64,000 nt of DNA, taken from assembly GCF_009914755.1 (NCBI RefSeq), contig NC_060928.1; one strand, 5' to 3'. Shown piece after piece: positions 1 to 14,158 of the stretch. The translations under genes and the position numbers were made by a program. Below the pieces are notes generated by a model. That model was not told the origin of the DNA. It worked only from the letters and a program-made list of their open reading frames with translations, and searched no databases. Positions within the stretch are counted from its first letter, which is position 1. Each line of letters opens with the position of its first letter. This stretch comes from the human T2T-CHM13v2.0 reference genome, Homo sapiens.

Positions 1-199
1 TTATCCAGAAATATGGATAAAGATTTCCTTTGTTAGATTTATCCTTGTATATTATTTCTTACTATGGTTATTAATATATTTTTCATTAAATTTTCTTTTT
101 CTCTTGTAAGTTTTGCTTTCTTTTGTCAAAATTATACACATAGTAAAATTGAGTATATTAAAATTGCCTCCACACTTTTGCTAAAAATTAAACAAGTCA

Positions 200-1440
200 A
201 CACTTGTTAACATCTGATTATATCTTTTTAAAAATAGGCAACAGAAGCCTGATGAATCTGAAAATAAAAATGGAGTTGGTCAAACCACCAAAGTAACAAC
301 TGGGAATGACAGCGTGAAAATGAAATGCAAAAATATCCACAATTTCATGGAAATACCCTTCCTCCCCCAAAAGCCAACTTATTCTTATCACTTCAAGCAG
401 CATGTTTTACACTGAGTGGTAACCTGAATAGATGCAGCTGGGAATGACCAGTGAAATTAGGAAAATTTCTCACAGGAGCTGAATTAATAGCAATGAAAAA
501 ACTTGTGAGCAGACCTAAAAGGTCTAATATTGCTATCTTAGTATATTCCCCTGAAAATTTTAGGAATATCAAGCTAAGTCTCTCTTATAAAAGAAAACAG
601 TTCACATAGAGACCAAATACTGAGTACAAAATTGAAATTGAGCGGGGCCAAAATATTAGACATTAGATTTTGTGGGAGTAGATCACAGATAGCAAGTGAT
701 TTAAAAAAACAAAAAGTTTGAAAATGTGCCCAAGCTAATCTTCCCAGAAAACCCACATCATTTAAACATCAAATACTGCAAAAAAATAAAATAAATAAAA
801 TCTAACTCCATGCAAGTGTATTCCAAGAAAAAAAAAGATAAAAAGAAACTAGAGGGTGTTTTAATAAATAATGGAAAAACACCAGAAACACACAACAAAA
901 AAGAAGATGAAAGCATTGATTTAATACATATAAGTGAGGGAAAAATAAATTATAAAAAGTTATGCAAACATTGAAAGAGCAGCTAAAATTAGAAATAAAA
1001 AACCTCAGAACTGTTTGCCTAGGCAAATGGAAGATACAAAACAAAACGTCTCAGACACCAGTAGTTACTGGGGTTGAAATTGGAGGGTGGAGTACAAAGC
1101 AAAAAAAACAATAGATACCACAGTTAAAAAAAAAAAAAAAGCAGAGGAAAAGCAAAAGATGGAAAGGGGAAATGCATAAAGGTATTGGAGAAATGAAAAA
1201 GCAGAAGAAAGAAAGAAGAAAACTATTTTTTAAATCAAATACGATTAAAGAGTACATATATTTGAAAGTGATAGTAATAAAACACAAGCTCTGGTCAAGG
1301 TGTAATAATAAGGAACAAACTTATAATCCCATCTGAAACAACCAAAAGACAAGACAAAAAGAAAAGAAAAAAAGCAATAGTTTTTAAGACACTTAATACC
1401 AGACAGAAGTGATACCCGAAAGAAGGAAAGCAAACCAGAG
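200..1440 (+). mobile_element. Highly decayed ancient L1 (L1M/L1ME-type) fragment, ORF1-like region
   Basis: A-rich plus strand with L1 ORF1-like phrasing (gaatagatgcagctgggaatga, aaaaggtctaatattgctatc). Boundaries approximate. Confidence 0.4.
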
Positions 1441-1449
1441 GAATCTTAC

Positions 1450-2200
1450 ATTTATTTCAGCTTATTGCCTTGAGAAAGGTTCCAGCCTTGGCACAGAGTC
1501 CTGAAGACTCCCTGAGTTGAGGAAGCTTAGTAGAGGCCCTGGGGAGGACTAAGTGGCTATAATTTGCAGGAGAAAGTACCAGAGAGGAGAAAACTGCACA
1601 GGGAGAAAATTCTGGCTGTCTACAGAGTCTCCTCTGAGTACTCAGCAAAGTACTGAGCATCACATGCATGTGAGGAAACTACTTTAGAATTGTGGGAAAG
1701 ATCATTCAATAAAATTAGAGGAAACAGTGCCTGGTACTCACAAAGGGCAGTAAATATCAAGACTGGACAATTTCAGGATATACAGGGCATTCGATGGAAT
1801 ATTCAGGGGACTCTTACCTCAGTAATGGGTAATATTAGCCTTATAGTAAACACTGCTATGGAGTCACCTAACAAATCAAAAATAAAAAATAGAACAAAGT
1901 GGATTCAACTGTTTCAAATAAATTAATCAAAAACATGTATAGGAAATCAAATCTATACAGCACCATTTGAATGTAAAATTCAAATTGTCTGGCATCCAGT
2001 CTAAGAAACAGATGTAGTAAGAAAAAGAAAACTATGACCTATAATGAGGATAAAAAACAATTAATGAAAACTGACAGAGAAGTGACACAGATGCTAGAAC
2101 TTTTGAAAAATAAAATTAAAGCCATTACTCTATTTCATATGTCTAAAATTATGAAAAATAGAGAAATGAAGGATATTTTTAAAATCAAGCAACTTTTTAA
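1450..2200 (+). mobile_element. Old L1 (L1MC/L1MD-type) 5' region fragment
   Basis: Resembles old L1 5' end consensus (cttattgccttgaga..., gagtactcagcaaagtactga..catgcatgtgaggaaactac, atgacctataatgaggataaaaaacaattaatgaaaactgac). Confidence 0.55.
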
Positions 2201-2574
2201 ATACATACATGGAATTTTTAAGATAGTGCTCAAGAAGACAACATAGCATAATAGAATTTTATCCAAGTAGTTACTAATTAGATCACAGTATGATTAGTAT
2301 GTCATTACTTTCATATAAAATTAATTTTCTGACATACAAAAAAGTACAAATAATATAACAAATACTCATATATTCTTCACTAAACTAATGAAATAAACAC
2401 AAATATTTTGAATCTCCTTGTGTACTCCTCAGATTGCTTCTTTCCTGTATTTATCCACCTAAGAGATGAAGCTCCCCAATTTGGTGTTTATTTTTTCCAT
2501 GCACAGATCCTCATGTTTGCTATATATTTATATATCCATAGTGCACACATACATATACACACGTATTTTTTATC

Positions 2575-4900
2575 TATTCAGTCAACAAATATTAAGTGGT
2601 ATATACTATTACATTAAGTGCATGTATTATTCTAGCTACTAGAAATAGGACAAAGGACAAAACACAGACCAAAATCCTTCTTCTCATAAAGATAGCATTT
2701 TAGTAAGTTAGGCAGTGAGCAAAATAAATTTCTAAAATATATAATATGTTAGATGAGGGTAAGAGATAAAAGGAAAATGTCGTCCGTGTCAAGTTTCACA
2801 GACAATGTATTGTTTCTTGAGTAAGTAGTTAAAGGAAATGAAGGATTGAAAATATACTGGATATATATAAAGAACAGTAAAAAAATAAATATAGAAAGGA
2901 GGAGAGGAGCAGAAAATGAAATCAGAGAGACAAAAGAGTCTAGAGGAGTGTACAGATTTGGACTGGCTGGAGGCATTCATAATAACTTATTAACAACTCT
3001 TTGTCAGATGGTAACCAGTTGGTAGAATTTTATGCAGAGAATAGGCATGATATCATTGATATTTTAATCAAAAAATCCTGGTATGTTGAAAATAGACTAG
3101 ATTTATTTTGTTTTTGTTTTGTTTTTCAGTGGTGGGCTTGATAGAAGGCAGGAAGTTCACTTGTGAGGCTGTTAAAATAATCCAGGTGAAAGATAATGAT
3201 GGCATAGGTCAAGATTTTAGTTCTGAGCTATTGGAAAGAGAACTATCATTAGCAGAAACAAACAAGCAAACAAATCTATTAAAAGAGCATGTTTGGAGGC
3301 AGTGGCAGCAGAATGATCAGGAGCTCAGTTTCGAACACATTAAATTAAATATGTATATTATAATATCAGGCAAAGATACCAAGGGTACAGTTGTATATAT
3401 GAGGCTGGACTGAAGGGGAAAGAAGATTGTAAATATAAAATTTGGAAGCATTACCATATAAATGACCCTGAATCGGCTTCAAGAGAATTAGCATGAAAGT
3501 AAGGAGAAGTGGTCCAAATACAGTCATGCATCATTAAATAAGGATACACTCTGAGAAATGCATCCTTAGGCTATTTTGTTGTTGTGTGAACATCACACAG
3601 GGTTCTTAAACAAAGCTAGATTGTATAGCCTACTGCTCGACTAGGTTGTATGATATAGCCTGTTGCTCCTAGGCTAAAAACCTATTGCAGCATGTTACTG
3701 CACTGAATACTGTAGGTAATTGTATTACAATGGTAAGTATTTGTGTATCTAAATATAGCAAAGGTAATGGGTTGCACAATGACATTGTGGTGGTTACGGT
3801 GTCACTAGATGATAGGAATTTTTCAGCTCCATTATAATTTTATGTGTCCATCATTTTATGTACAGCCCATTATTGATCAAAATGTCATTATAAGGTGCAC
3901 TAACTCCCAGTGAGCAACAACAATGGGATTGTGAGATGAGGAGAAACCAGTTATGGGATTGAGATTATCCTTTGAGAAAGAAGGAAAACCAGGAGAGTGT
4001 GATGTCCTCAGAGTAACAAATACGACAAATGCTAACAGATCAAGTAAAATAGGACTGAGAAATAACCATGGAATTCTCTTATTGGAAGTCATTGGTGACC
4101 TCGATAAGAACCATTTTGGTTAGGTAGTAACAATGAAGTCTTGCTGGTAGGAGTTCAGTAGAGAATAGTGGAAGAAAAACTGGGAATCATGGATATAGAC
4201 AAGGAGATAAGTGGAGCAGTATTTGAGAAATTCAAGGTTAAGAGGCCATTTAAAAATGTGAGAAACAACAGCATGTCTATATATTTATAGGAAAGTTCCA
4301 GTAGAAAGGGAATGGTTGAGCAAAAAAAAAAAATCACTAAAACAAAGACTTTGGAAGATAGGGAGACGACCTAGTTCATAAGTATGAAGGTGAAAGATAT
4401 GCAGAGGAAGAAGTTGAAAATATGAGTTCAAATGCAAGTAGGTTATTAGAAATTGTAGTGGGGGTTGTAGAAAGTCTCTTCTGATTGCCTCCTCCTTCTC
4501 AGTGAACTAGGTAGTAAGGTATTTTATTAAGACACCCCTAGAAAATTAATACAGTAAATCATAGTGAGATCAAAGCTGTGGCAATACTGGAGCGTTAGCC
4601 ACAAAGACAGGAAGTAATGGCTGGAGAGCCCAATGACTGAGTGTTAGACTTGTGAGTGGAGATATTGGTGAAGATCATTAGATAAAAGAACTGACAGGAA
4701 CTGAGATGCCAGAAAATGGAAGATAATGGGTTGTCTTTTAAATCATCAAGAACTATGACAGCACCAGTATTGGAGAAAGTGATGGGAAATCAGAAAGTAA
4801 AAGATTAAGTTGATACTGGGAACTGATCAGAGAGCTTTTACATGGCAGGTAGGAGCAAAAATAGAGGAATGGCTAGCATGATCTGATGATATAAGATTTA
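2575..4900 (-). mobile_element. LINE-2 (L2) fragment, interrupted by Tigger3a
   Basis: L2 3' terminus (attcagtcaacaaatatt) at the left end. Typical L2 motifs follow (atccaggtgaaagataatgatggc, aggagctcagtttcgaacacattaaatt, ggaagtcattggtgacctcgataagaacc). Confidence 0.7.
3521..3905. mobile_element. Tigger3a (MER7/GOLEM-type) non-autonomous DNA transposon
   Basis: TA then cagtcatgca terminus. Internal match to Tigger3a (ctgagaaatgcatccttagg, gttgctcctaggcta, gataggaatttttcagctccattataat). Nested in L2. Confidence 0.8.
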
Positions 4901-4919
4901 AAGCTGATATCATTATGTA

Positions 4920-6180
4920 TGTTTAAACCTTTATTCAACTGGTGTCATCTATATGTATTCTTAGAATTGGATTTTTATGTAGCCTTATAGTTGACATTTA
5001 TCCACACAGGTATATGTTCATTAATTTCTACTGCATAATATTCCATCATATATCTATGGAAAAATGTATTTATCCATTCCCCTGTTAATAGATGTTTAGT
5101 TTTTTCCAATTCTTGATATTGCAAACAAAGCTGTCTTCCATTTACTTTTGTTTTTATCTTGCTATACTTATAGTTATGTCTCAATTATTTAAAAATTAAG
5201 CCTATTATCTTTTTGTGATAAGTCCTTTTGGAAATTGTATATTAGTAACACCTATAAATAGTATTTGTTTTTTTAATATTAATCTAATATTAATTTATCT
5301 TAACTATCTCCATATTTCTACATTTTTACAAGTACTATTATTATTATTTTACTATTTGAGTTTAATACTTAGCTCACATTTTCTTATTTTCTTAATTTTT
5401 AAAAAATATACTTGAAATTATAAATGTCTATGGCTTTTGCTGCATTTCACAAGTATTAATAAGTGTACTATCATACATTCTTTCCATTCAGTTCTTTACA
5501 TTTTTAAATGATCAATGAGCTCTACTTTGAATTCTGCTTAAACTCATAACTTGAAGAATGTTACATAAGTTCAATTTAATGCGTTCTTTTGCCCCTTACA
5601 TCCCACTTGTTCCTCTGAGCTTTATTTCTCCATTGTTAAAATTCATCTTCTCTTAATTCTTTTAGCAATGTTAAAGCCTCTCTTAAAAAATAATTTTAAG
5701 TAATTACTGAATTACAGATATTTAGATATAAGATTACAAGATCTGACTAATGAATTATTTTTATTATTAATGACTTCTTTTATCTGTAATAAAGTCTATA
5801 TATTAATATTTTTATGCAATTAATACTTGGTCAACTTTTTTTATTTCTTGAATTTCAAAATTTCTTAGTCATTAAGTTTTAGGTATGATTATTTCAAATA
5901 AAATGTTGTTATTTTATCAAAGCTAATATTTCCCGTATTTAAATAGGTAGATTTAAATTTAGATTTAGTTCAACCATCTTATTTTGTGCTTTGTATTTCT
6001 GGTCCTCATGGTTTCTTTTCCTTGTTTTTAATTCCATTTTTACTTCTCTAAAATTACTAGAAATTTTTTATATAATTTTTTTCACTTTACAATTTAAAAT
6101 GTTACATTTCATATTTTTGTACTTATAAGCTTTTTTAACCTTTTTATAGAAATATATTATTCTCCCTTGTACCGCTTCAC
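4920..6180 (-). mobile_element. Ancient L1ME-type fragments
   Basis: Antisense L1 3'-end motif (ctgcataatattccatcatat...tttatccattcccctgttaatagatgtttag) followed by T-rich decayed ORF2-like sequence. Confidence 0.55.
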
Positions 6181-6404
6181 AAATTTTCAGAATGTGACCA
6201 TGCTCACGGAATCTGTCCCAAGATAAAGAAGCAGAATATCATGAATATCCCAGGAAACGCTTTGTGTGCCCTACAGTTACTAACACCATCTGTTTAAATT
6301 TCTCTGTAGTATGTAAGGTAGTTTTCTTAGAGCCACCTCTCAGGTCACTAATTCTCTGGTTAGCTCTTCCTAATCTTCTTAGTCTGCTCATTGAGTATGA
6401 CAGA

Positions 6405-6870
6405 CAATGGTATGCATCTATGTGAATGCTCCATGGGGTGCCTAGATTAAACATTTTCCCTGGGTATGTTTGTGAGGGTGTTTGCAAATGAAATTAGAAT
6501 TTAAGTTGGTGGATTGAGTAAAATAGATTACCTTTCCCAACATGGTTGGGTATCATTCAATCCTCTGAGGGCTTGAATAGAACAGAAGGTAAAGAAAGGA
6601 GGAATCTACCCCCCCTTTTTTTTTCTGCCACACTGTTCGAACTGGGACATCTCATGTCATCTTCCGCCCTTGAACTAGGATTTATATCATCGACTTCCCC
6701 AGTTCTCAGGCCTTCAGACTCAGCCTACATTACACAACTCGCTTTCCTAGGTCTCCAGTTTGCAGACAGCAGATCATGGGACTTCTCAGTTTCTATAATT
6801 ACATGAGCCAATTCCTCATAATAAATATAAATAATATATAACAATATGTATATTATAAAATATATATATA
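6405..6870 (+). mobile_element. MLT2-family (ERVL) LTR
   Basis: Matches MLT2 motifs: ctgggtatgtttgtgagggtgttt, tgagggcttgaatagaacagaagg, ccagtttgcagacagcagatcatgggacttctcag, tgagccaattcctcataataaat. Confidence 0.8.
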
Positions 6871-8271
6871 ATTCTATTTTGTTATCCCATCAATAAACTT
6901 CAGCATATTTAGTTAGAAGTTTTTCTCTGATTTTCATATTTATAATACTTTAATGCCTAATTCTGTTTATTTCCATCTACTAAGATTCTAATCGTATCAT
7001 GTAATCCAGTTGTGTGAGCTCATTTTCAGCATTAACTTTTTTCTTTTTCTCTGATTTTATTATTTCAATTTTCTTATTACTGATGAGGATATATGGATTA
7101 CAACGGTCCTGGAATGATTTTAGACAGAAAAAAAAATTAAATGTGGACATGTTTGGGCCCCGGGGCTTTGATTTTTTATACGTGCCTTCTCTTCTTCCCT
7201 CCTTTATACCTAGGACCCTAGGCAGAGCAAAAATTTTAAGGCCAAATCTCTTTGTATGTATGTGAAGTTTTTCTAGGTCACTTTTCATAAGTGGAGAATC
7301 TCTATGAAAAGATTTTCATGCATATTTTTATGCAGGATTAGAAAATCCAGTTTACCCACCTGCAACAGCCTGAGGCTGTCTCTCTGGTCTTCCTGTGTGA
7401 ATGACAAGCCTACACTCAGCCTTTCATGCCTAAATACAGGGTAAAAATTACTGTGGGCTGCAGTGCCATCGGCTCTCGCCATGTTGACTTTTATTATATT
7501 TTGTGCTCTTTGAATCCTTCCTTTATTCTTTGGTGTTTAGTTAGATCTTACTTTGAAGGTTTTGTTTCATCTATGATCTCATGTTCATAGCAGAAGGGAA
7601 ACTATCTGAATCAGGTCATCATGGTTTTTAATAAAAGAAAGCAGTGTAAATACTTAACCAAGTTCTCCTATTAAAAACAACCAGCAGTTGGACTCCCCAC
7701 ATCTGTGCCTCCACTCTTATTCTCAATCTTCATATTTGTACTTTTTTTTTATGGTTAGTGCTTTATTCTTTGAAGAATGCTTCTAAAACATCACACTAAG
7801 TCAAGCTGAAAGGTAAAGTTTAAAATAGTTTTTAAAGTATAAGTCATAGTATATGTAATGACTATTCACTCTACAGAATCTTGACCTTAAAGCTTATGAC
7901 ACACCCAGTTGGCAGTAGCACCCATGTTTTCCAAATAGCCAGTCATTATTTTTCTTTTGTCTGCATAGACTTCTCATTAGCTGCCTTCTGCTTTTGTTGC
8001 ATGAGCTCAGAGTCCCTATGCTTTCTCTGAGAGGTAGTCAACCTATCCTCTTTTCTTTTCCCCTTACTATTTTCCTGGGTTTTCTCCATGTTTTTTCTGG
8101 TGGACAAGTTCTCATTGATTTCCACGGGCCATGCCGACCATTGACAGAGCCTGGAATAAAGCGACTCAGAAAAAGCAACAGCTCCCTGGCACACTAGGCT
8201 ACCATCACCACCGTCTTCTTTTCTCTTTCTACATTTATCTGCTAGCTTTTGTTTTCTCCCCTAAGACAACC

Positions 8272-9057
8272 TGTGTGGGGAAAATTTTCTCAAACCATGG
8301 TTTTCCTCTACTCTCATGTCACAACAATCAACACAGAAGACTTCCGTGACAAAATGTAGGGGGGAGTTTCCCCACACACCAAGCGGTGGACACCAGATGA
8401 GTGTCCTCCTATTTAGTTCCAACACTGTCTATCTGGAGATAGCATATCCCACAGGGTGGGGCTCAGTACCCAAGCCTGCCCCTTGCTCACCAGTCACAAT
8501 TCTAGGCTTCTGAAATTCTGATTAACACGTATCAGGCATTGGGGTTCCCATGACTCCCTGTTTTGGTTCAATTAATTTGCTAGAACAACTCACAGAACTG
8601 AGGGAAACAATTGCTTACATTTGCTGGTTTTGCAAAGGATATCTATGGAGAGTTGCATAGGAAGGCATGTAGAAAACGGTGTGGAGCTCCCATGCCCTCC
8701 CTGGGTGTGCCACCCTCCAGGAATCTCCATGTGTTCACCTATCTGGAAGCTCCCTTAAACCAATCCTCTTGGGATTTTATGGAAGCTTTAGGACATCAGT
8801 ATTCTTTCCGCCTAGAATATAGGGCAGGACCATCTCTGGGAAAGGCCTTAAGACCCACGATCAGAAAGGCCAGGGAAGAGTAGAATCCTGCCTGGGGTCA
8901 GTGAGATAAAGGTAGGAGAAAGGAGGGAAAGAGAAGGTTAGAGGCCTGCGCCTGAGGCCTAACACACCCAACATTATAACAAAAGACTGTAACAAGGGCT
9001 ACAGAAGTTGTGAGCCAGGAACCTTGGATGAAAGCCAGTATATATCATGACACCACA
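8272..9057 (-). mobile_element. MER21A-type solo LTR
   Basis: TG...CA termini. The reverse complement starts tgtggtgtcatgatatatactggctttcatccaaggttcctggctc...gcccttgttacagtcttttgttataatgttgggtgtgttaggcc, as in MER21A. Flanks caacc/aaacc are a degenerate TSD. Confidence 0.8.
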
Positions 9058-9689
9058 AAACCAAATCTATCTAATCTCATCATTTATATGTGACAGTTCT
9101 TCCATTTCATTCAATATCCTCCTAACACTAAAATTCTTACCTGAGCTTATAATTCCCAGAAATAATTTCACTAATTGCATGTATAGGAAAATCATTTTAT
9201 AACTCTATTTTTTAAATATTTTATATTTAAATGATGATTTAAAATAGCCTGTTCTGCAAGACGTAATTGCTCCATTAAAAAAAAAAAAAGTAGAAGAAAA
9301 AAAAGACCTAGCATGCTATAAAATTTTTATAATACCAAATAAGATGGTACTTGTTGGAAAATAAAGTATGCACAACTGTAAGGGGACATAAAGCTATCAA
9401 GAAAACCACAGCTTTGCTACAATCCTTGATTAGCTGAAGTAGCACTGTGGGTGTTTCCTTCAAAGTCAGTTCTTTGCTACCAGATGGAGATGTTCTTGTT
9501 TCTTGTTAGATATCCTAGACCATAATTTAATCCATTAGTCAGCAAAGAGTGGAATCATTCCCATACCTACTCCAAACGTTCTCTTTCATTTCTTTCGGGT
9601 CTATGCTACAAGTCAATACTTTCCCTATATGATTTCTTCAGGCTTTTTCATTTTATGTTTCAAGACAAACTACGCTTATTAAAAGTGAG

Positions 9690-9790
9690 GCTTTGGGTTG
9701 TACAACATTGTGAATGTACAAAATGCCACTTAATTTCACACTTTACAATGATTGATTTTATGCTATGTGAATTTCACCACAATAAAAACA
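9690..9790 (+). mobile_element. Short L1MB-type 3' end
   Basis: ggttgtacaacattgtgaatgtac...ttttatgctatgtgaatttcaccacaataaaaa. Confidence 0.65.
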
Positions 9791-11574
9791 TGAGATTTTT
9801 CTCACCAGCAGTGTTGATAAAGCAGCACCAATTTCTATTTATGAATTAAGTACACTGGTGATCTGGTCCTTGCTTTGGTTCAAACATAGAAATAACAACA
9901 TCTGAGAGACTTTTCCTGACATCCCTAACATTTGTACCCAGTCTTCCTTAAGCTTTCTGGAGCACTGAAAATGAAAATAATAGTTTTCCTCTTTAACATC
10001 TCTTTTGCAATTTTGTTTGTGTTAATGTTCTTCTGATCTAATTTTCTTCCTATATTTCTGATTCAAGTTTTGTTTGCTGGTTTTAATTTTTCCACCTATC
10101 CTTTTGATGTTAAAATTTCATGTAGTCAATAGACTTTTTCTCTTGCAGTTCTACATTAAGTTTTTGTGCAACTGAAGCTCACACAACACTTCAACGTACA
10201 TCTACCACTTTGCTACACCTCAAACTAATGCAGTAAATTGTATGCATTCTTTATGGCTATCAAGAGGCTGCTGAATGCTTCTAGATTACATCAGTTTGTT
10301 TTGAAGAGTACCATGTTCATTTCCTCCAATCTCAACTGTGCTCTCAGTTATTTCTATGTCTTCAGTCAACTGCACCTCTCATTCCACAGAGCAAACATTT
10401 TAAACTTCTAAATATTTTCTCCAAGAAAACTGAATTAATGTAAACTCTACACAAAAAGGCCACATTAGTCATTCTATAAATATATTGTCAGAATTAATGA
10501 ATGAACACGTAGATCTTACTTCATATTTAGCACCTATATTTTAATTCATTCTTGCCCGCTCTATATTTCTTACAAGTATGTATTTTTTCAATGATTCAGG
10601 TATGCAGTAGGTAAATTTCGTATTACAGAATACTTTGTTCATTTTTCCCTACTTCCTTCAGTAAGCTTTAACTGTGAAACAGCTTAATTGCTACTGACAA
10701 TTATTTCTTAGATGTATAAAAGTCCCCTTTAGACCAATGTCAATGTTTGTTAATCTAACATTACTTTTTTGAAGGAAAATTACTGCTATTAAATGTATAC
10801 TCGTGGAAGGAAGTAATATTGTAATCAGTTCTGGGGATTCAATTAACTAGGGTGTAATAATACTGTTTGCTTGAAAGAAAACAATTTGTACCTGCATATT
10901 TTCATTTGGCTACCTAAAGATCTTTTAAGGGATTATCTGATCATTAGAATGCTTATTATCTTGATAAAATACCCTAGTTTGGTGATTACAAAATAATTTA
11001 ATGAGATCTTTCTTAGTTAAACTCAAGTATTTTATACAGTATCATAAATTAAAAAAATCTTCCTTACTGATGAATCAATACTATGTGATATCAAGATGAT
11101 AAAGTTATAGCCCTATTCAATGTCTCTTTTTTCACATAATTTTAAATTAATATCTCTCTGGCCCTATCATTTTTGTAAAAATTTACCTTTATAATTAACT
11201 TATTTAAAATAATTTACCACTTCTATTATTGATATATAGTACATTTGCTATTTTATTACATCATTGTCATTTTATTCAAACTTCTGCCAGTTTGATGCTA
11301 TTTCTAAAATGACTCAAATATTCTGCATTGAAGCCATGCTATTTTCTTGACTACTTTTCTGAATAAATTATCTTTATCTACATGTTTCTTTTTTTTCTTT
11401 TCTCAAGCAACTGAAATTAAATAAAAGAAAAATAGACATGCTTTATACTTTCTATCTTTAATTCAAACTATACTTGCTAGAGGCTGATGATTTGTTTCAG
11501 AGTTTCTACAAGACAATGAGTAAAACTGAGCCCAAACACCATAACAATACCGAGAGAAGCTTTCCTTCACTAAC

Positions 11575-11950
11575 TGCCTTAGTCCATTCACACACTGCTA
11601 TAAAGAAATAAGTAAAACTGGGTAAATTATAAAGAAAAGAGGTTTAATCCATTCAGTTCCACACTCTGTACAAGCAGCATGACTGGGGAAGACTCGGGAA
11701 ACTTGTAATCATGGCGGAAGGCAAAGGGGAAGCAGGCACATCTTATGTGGCCAGAGAAGGAGGAAAAGCACCAAGGGGAGATGTTACACACTTTTAAACA
11801 ACCAGATCTCGTAAGAACTCACTATCATGAGTACAGCAAGGGAGAAATCTGCCCCCATGATCTAATAATCTACTACCAAGTCCCTCCCCATCAATGGGGA
11901 TCACAATTCAACATGAAATTTAGGTGGGGATACAGAGCCAAACCTTATCA
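11575..11950 (-). mobile_element. THE1D/MSTA-type MaLR solo LTR
   Basis: tgccttagtcc...cactgctataaagaa...acaatc-type atggcggaaggc...gatacagagccaaaccttatca. TG/CA ends. Confidence 0.85.
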
Positions 11951-12559
11951 GTAATCACCACTCTAGGTTTGTTTTGTTTTTGTTGGTCTTATTTGCAAGA
12001 AGTTGGTTTATTCTCCTACCTTCAGCTGCCTTGGCCAAGTCTTTGAAATAACTCCTTTTATCATTGATAAGTTAAGCAGTGAATTCAGTAAAACAACAAT
12101 TTAGCAGAAAACAAACGCACATATTATTTTACAGTTTGGAACAAGAAAAAAAAATACATGAGAAAAAGAAAAACATCATTAAAGTCAATATCTTTTGCTC
12201 TATGCTAGGGAGTCTTTATTTCCTCTTATTTCACAGACATTCACTATATTCACCATTCACTGAGCTATCTCACCCTGGATTTCTTAAGTCTCTTATAAAT
12301 CCACAAAACGATGCACTGTTTTCTTGATCACTTTTGCATTTCAACTAAGCAGGATGTTTCTGTAATATACCAATATATTTGTACTATAAAGATCTATGGC
12401 TATCCCCACCCCTACCTGGTTTCAACAGCATTTACTTTCTATGCAGTCTTTTATAAAATCCCACTTTGGGAAATCATTTATATTAGTATCTTTTTATCAA
12501 CAGGAGGAGGTTGTTCACACATATAGATAACCTTGAATGCATTAATATAAACTTGTAAT

Positions 12560-12785
12560 AAGGCAGTATAATTAAAAGAATAAGATGAGTTCAAATTCTA
12601 GCTTCAGCATTTAGCATCTGCATGAGATTTTCAGGTTATTTGACTTCCCTAAATCTAAAATTCCACAAACTCCATGAGATGTCATCTGTAAAACATTTTA
12701 AAGAAGTTGTGCAGTCCACAGCCTGGGAAGTACTACCTTGCATATGGCAATCTTTCAATGATAGAGCGATACTGATATTATTAGC
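12560..12785 (+). mobile_element. MIR SINE (decayed)
   Basis: gagttcaaattctagcttcagcatttagcatctg...catctgtaaaa...catatggcaatctttcaat. Confidence 0.55.
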
Positions 12786-13979
12786 TTTATGCCCATCTAC
12801 CTTAGCTGAACAACTTTAAAATGTTGTAAAGTATAAGATAACATAAGTCACAACAACTCCAGTTGATCCATTTTCTGCTCCCATTCATTTTAAGTACTCT
12901 GTGTAAGAAGCAGCATCAAAATTTGACACACAACTCATTTTAATGTCAAAATTTAAAAAAAATTATAAATCTGTGACATACCTTTTATATAATACCATGT
13001 GAAAAATGAGGAATAATTAACTATCTACTTCATGGGTATGAATCCATGAAGCTAAGATTAATAATTTTAACTTCATATGGTAATATCCTTCTCCAATAAT
13101 ACTTTATAACTTCAAAGCCATTTAGAACAGAGAATGTAAAGGCACAACAGAAATCTGCTAAGCATAATTTCATTACTCTAATTCATCATAATTAACACAC
13201 AACTTTAAATAATTAAATTACCTTTGCTCAGCCTCAGTTTTTTTTCTTGAACATTTTACATTAGAGACAATATGATATGCACCATAGAGAAGCTGAGCAA
13301 AGTTTTTACTGAAGACAAATTTAACTCCAGCTCAACAGAAGAAAGTCAAAATAAAGGCTCAATGTTAACTATTAGCGTGGAGTTGCTCACTGTCCTTTGC
13401 ACTTCTAAGTTGTCTTTCAAAAGTGTAAGATGGAAAGGAGGTTAGAGTATGGTCTCTGATTTGTAGTATTTGTTCTGAATTGTCTGGAATTCTATTTGTT
13501 TTCTTGCCTAGTGCTGACATGGGTTTGATGGATTTAAGTTTTTTGTCATTGTCCCCACAGGATTCTTTCCTTATCAGCTCTTGGCAGATTGCAACCATTT
13601 AAGGAAAAACTTCTTTACTGGCTATCAACCTTATTTTCATAGCTTCTTATTTCTCAGTGTCAAATGTATTGTGTACATTAAAAAAAGTTCAATCATCCAT
13701 GCCAGGCCATTGTAAGTAGAATTGTATTTTAAGTGATACAGCAAATGAAATTGACCTTGGTAAGCCTCATGACTTGTCAGAAATATGGCCATTCCTTCAA
13801 TTCGAGTTTTATTCACAGAACGCAAGAGCTAAGCTTAAAGAAGGTATACTGTTTTAAGAAGAGAAAGTCACAGCTATTTCTTAAGAACAATGGCATTTGT
13901 GCCCTCTTCAGTAGATGACAGTGTGCTATTTTATTTGAACAAAATGACTAGCGTCTACTATTCTTTCATGTTCTGCAGA

Positions 13980-14158
13980 GGTAATTTCCAAACTGTGGTC
14001 TCTTGCCAAGCAGCAGTGGCACTGGCAGGGTAGTCATTCAAAATTCAAAATTTCAGACCCCACCCCTCAAAACTACTGAATTCTGGGGTGGGGCCCAGCT
14101 GTCTGGTTGGTTTTAAACCAGGTGATTCTGGTGCACACTAAAGTTTGGGAACCACTAG
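13980..14158. mobile_element. MER5A hAT-Charlie MITE
   Basis: cagaccccaccc...tactgaattctggggtggggcccagc...aggtgattctggtgcacactaaagtttgggaaccactag. Confidence 0.75.
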
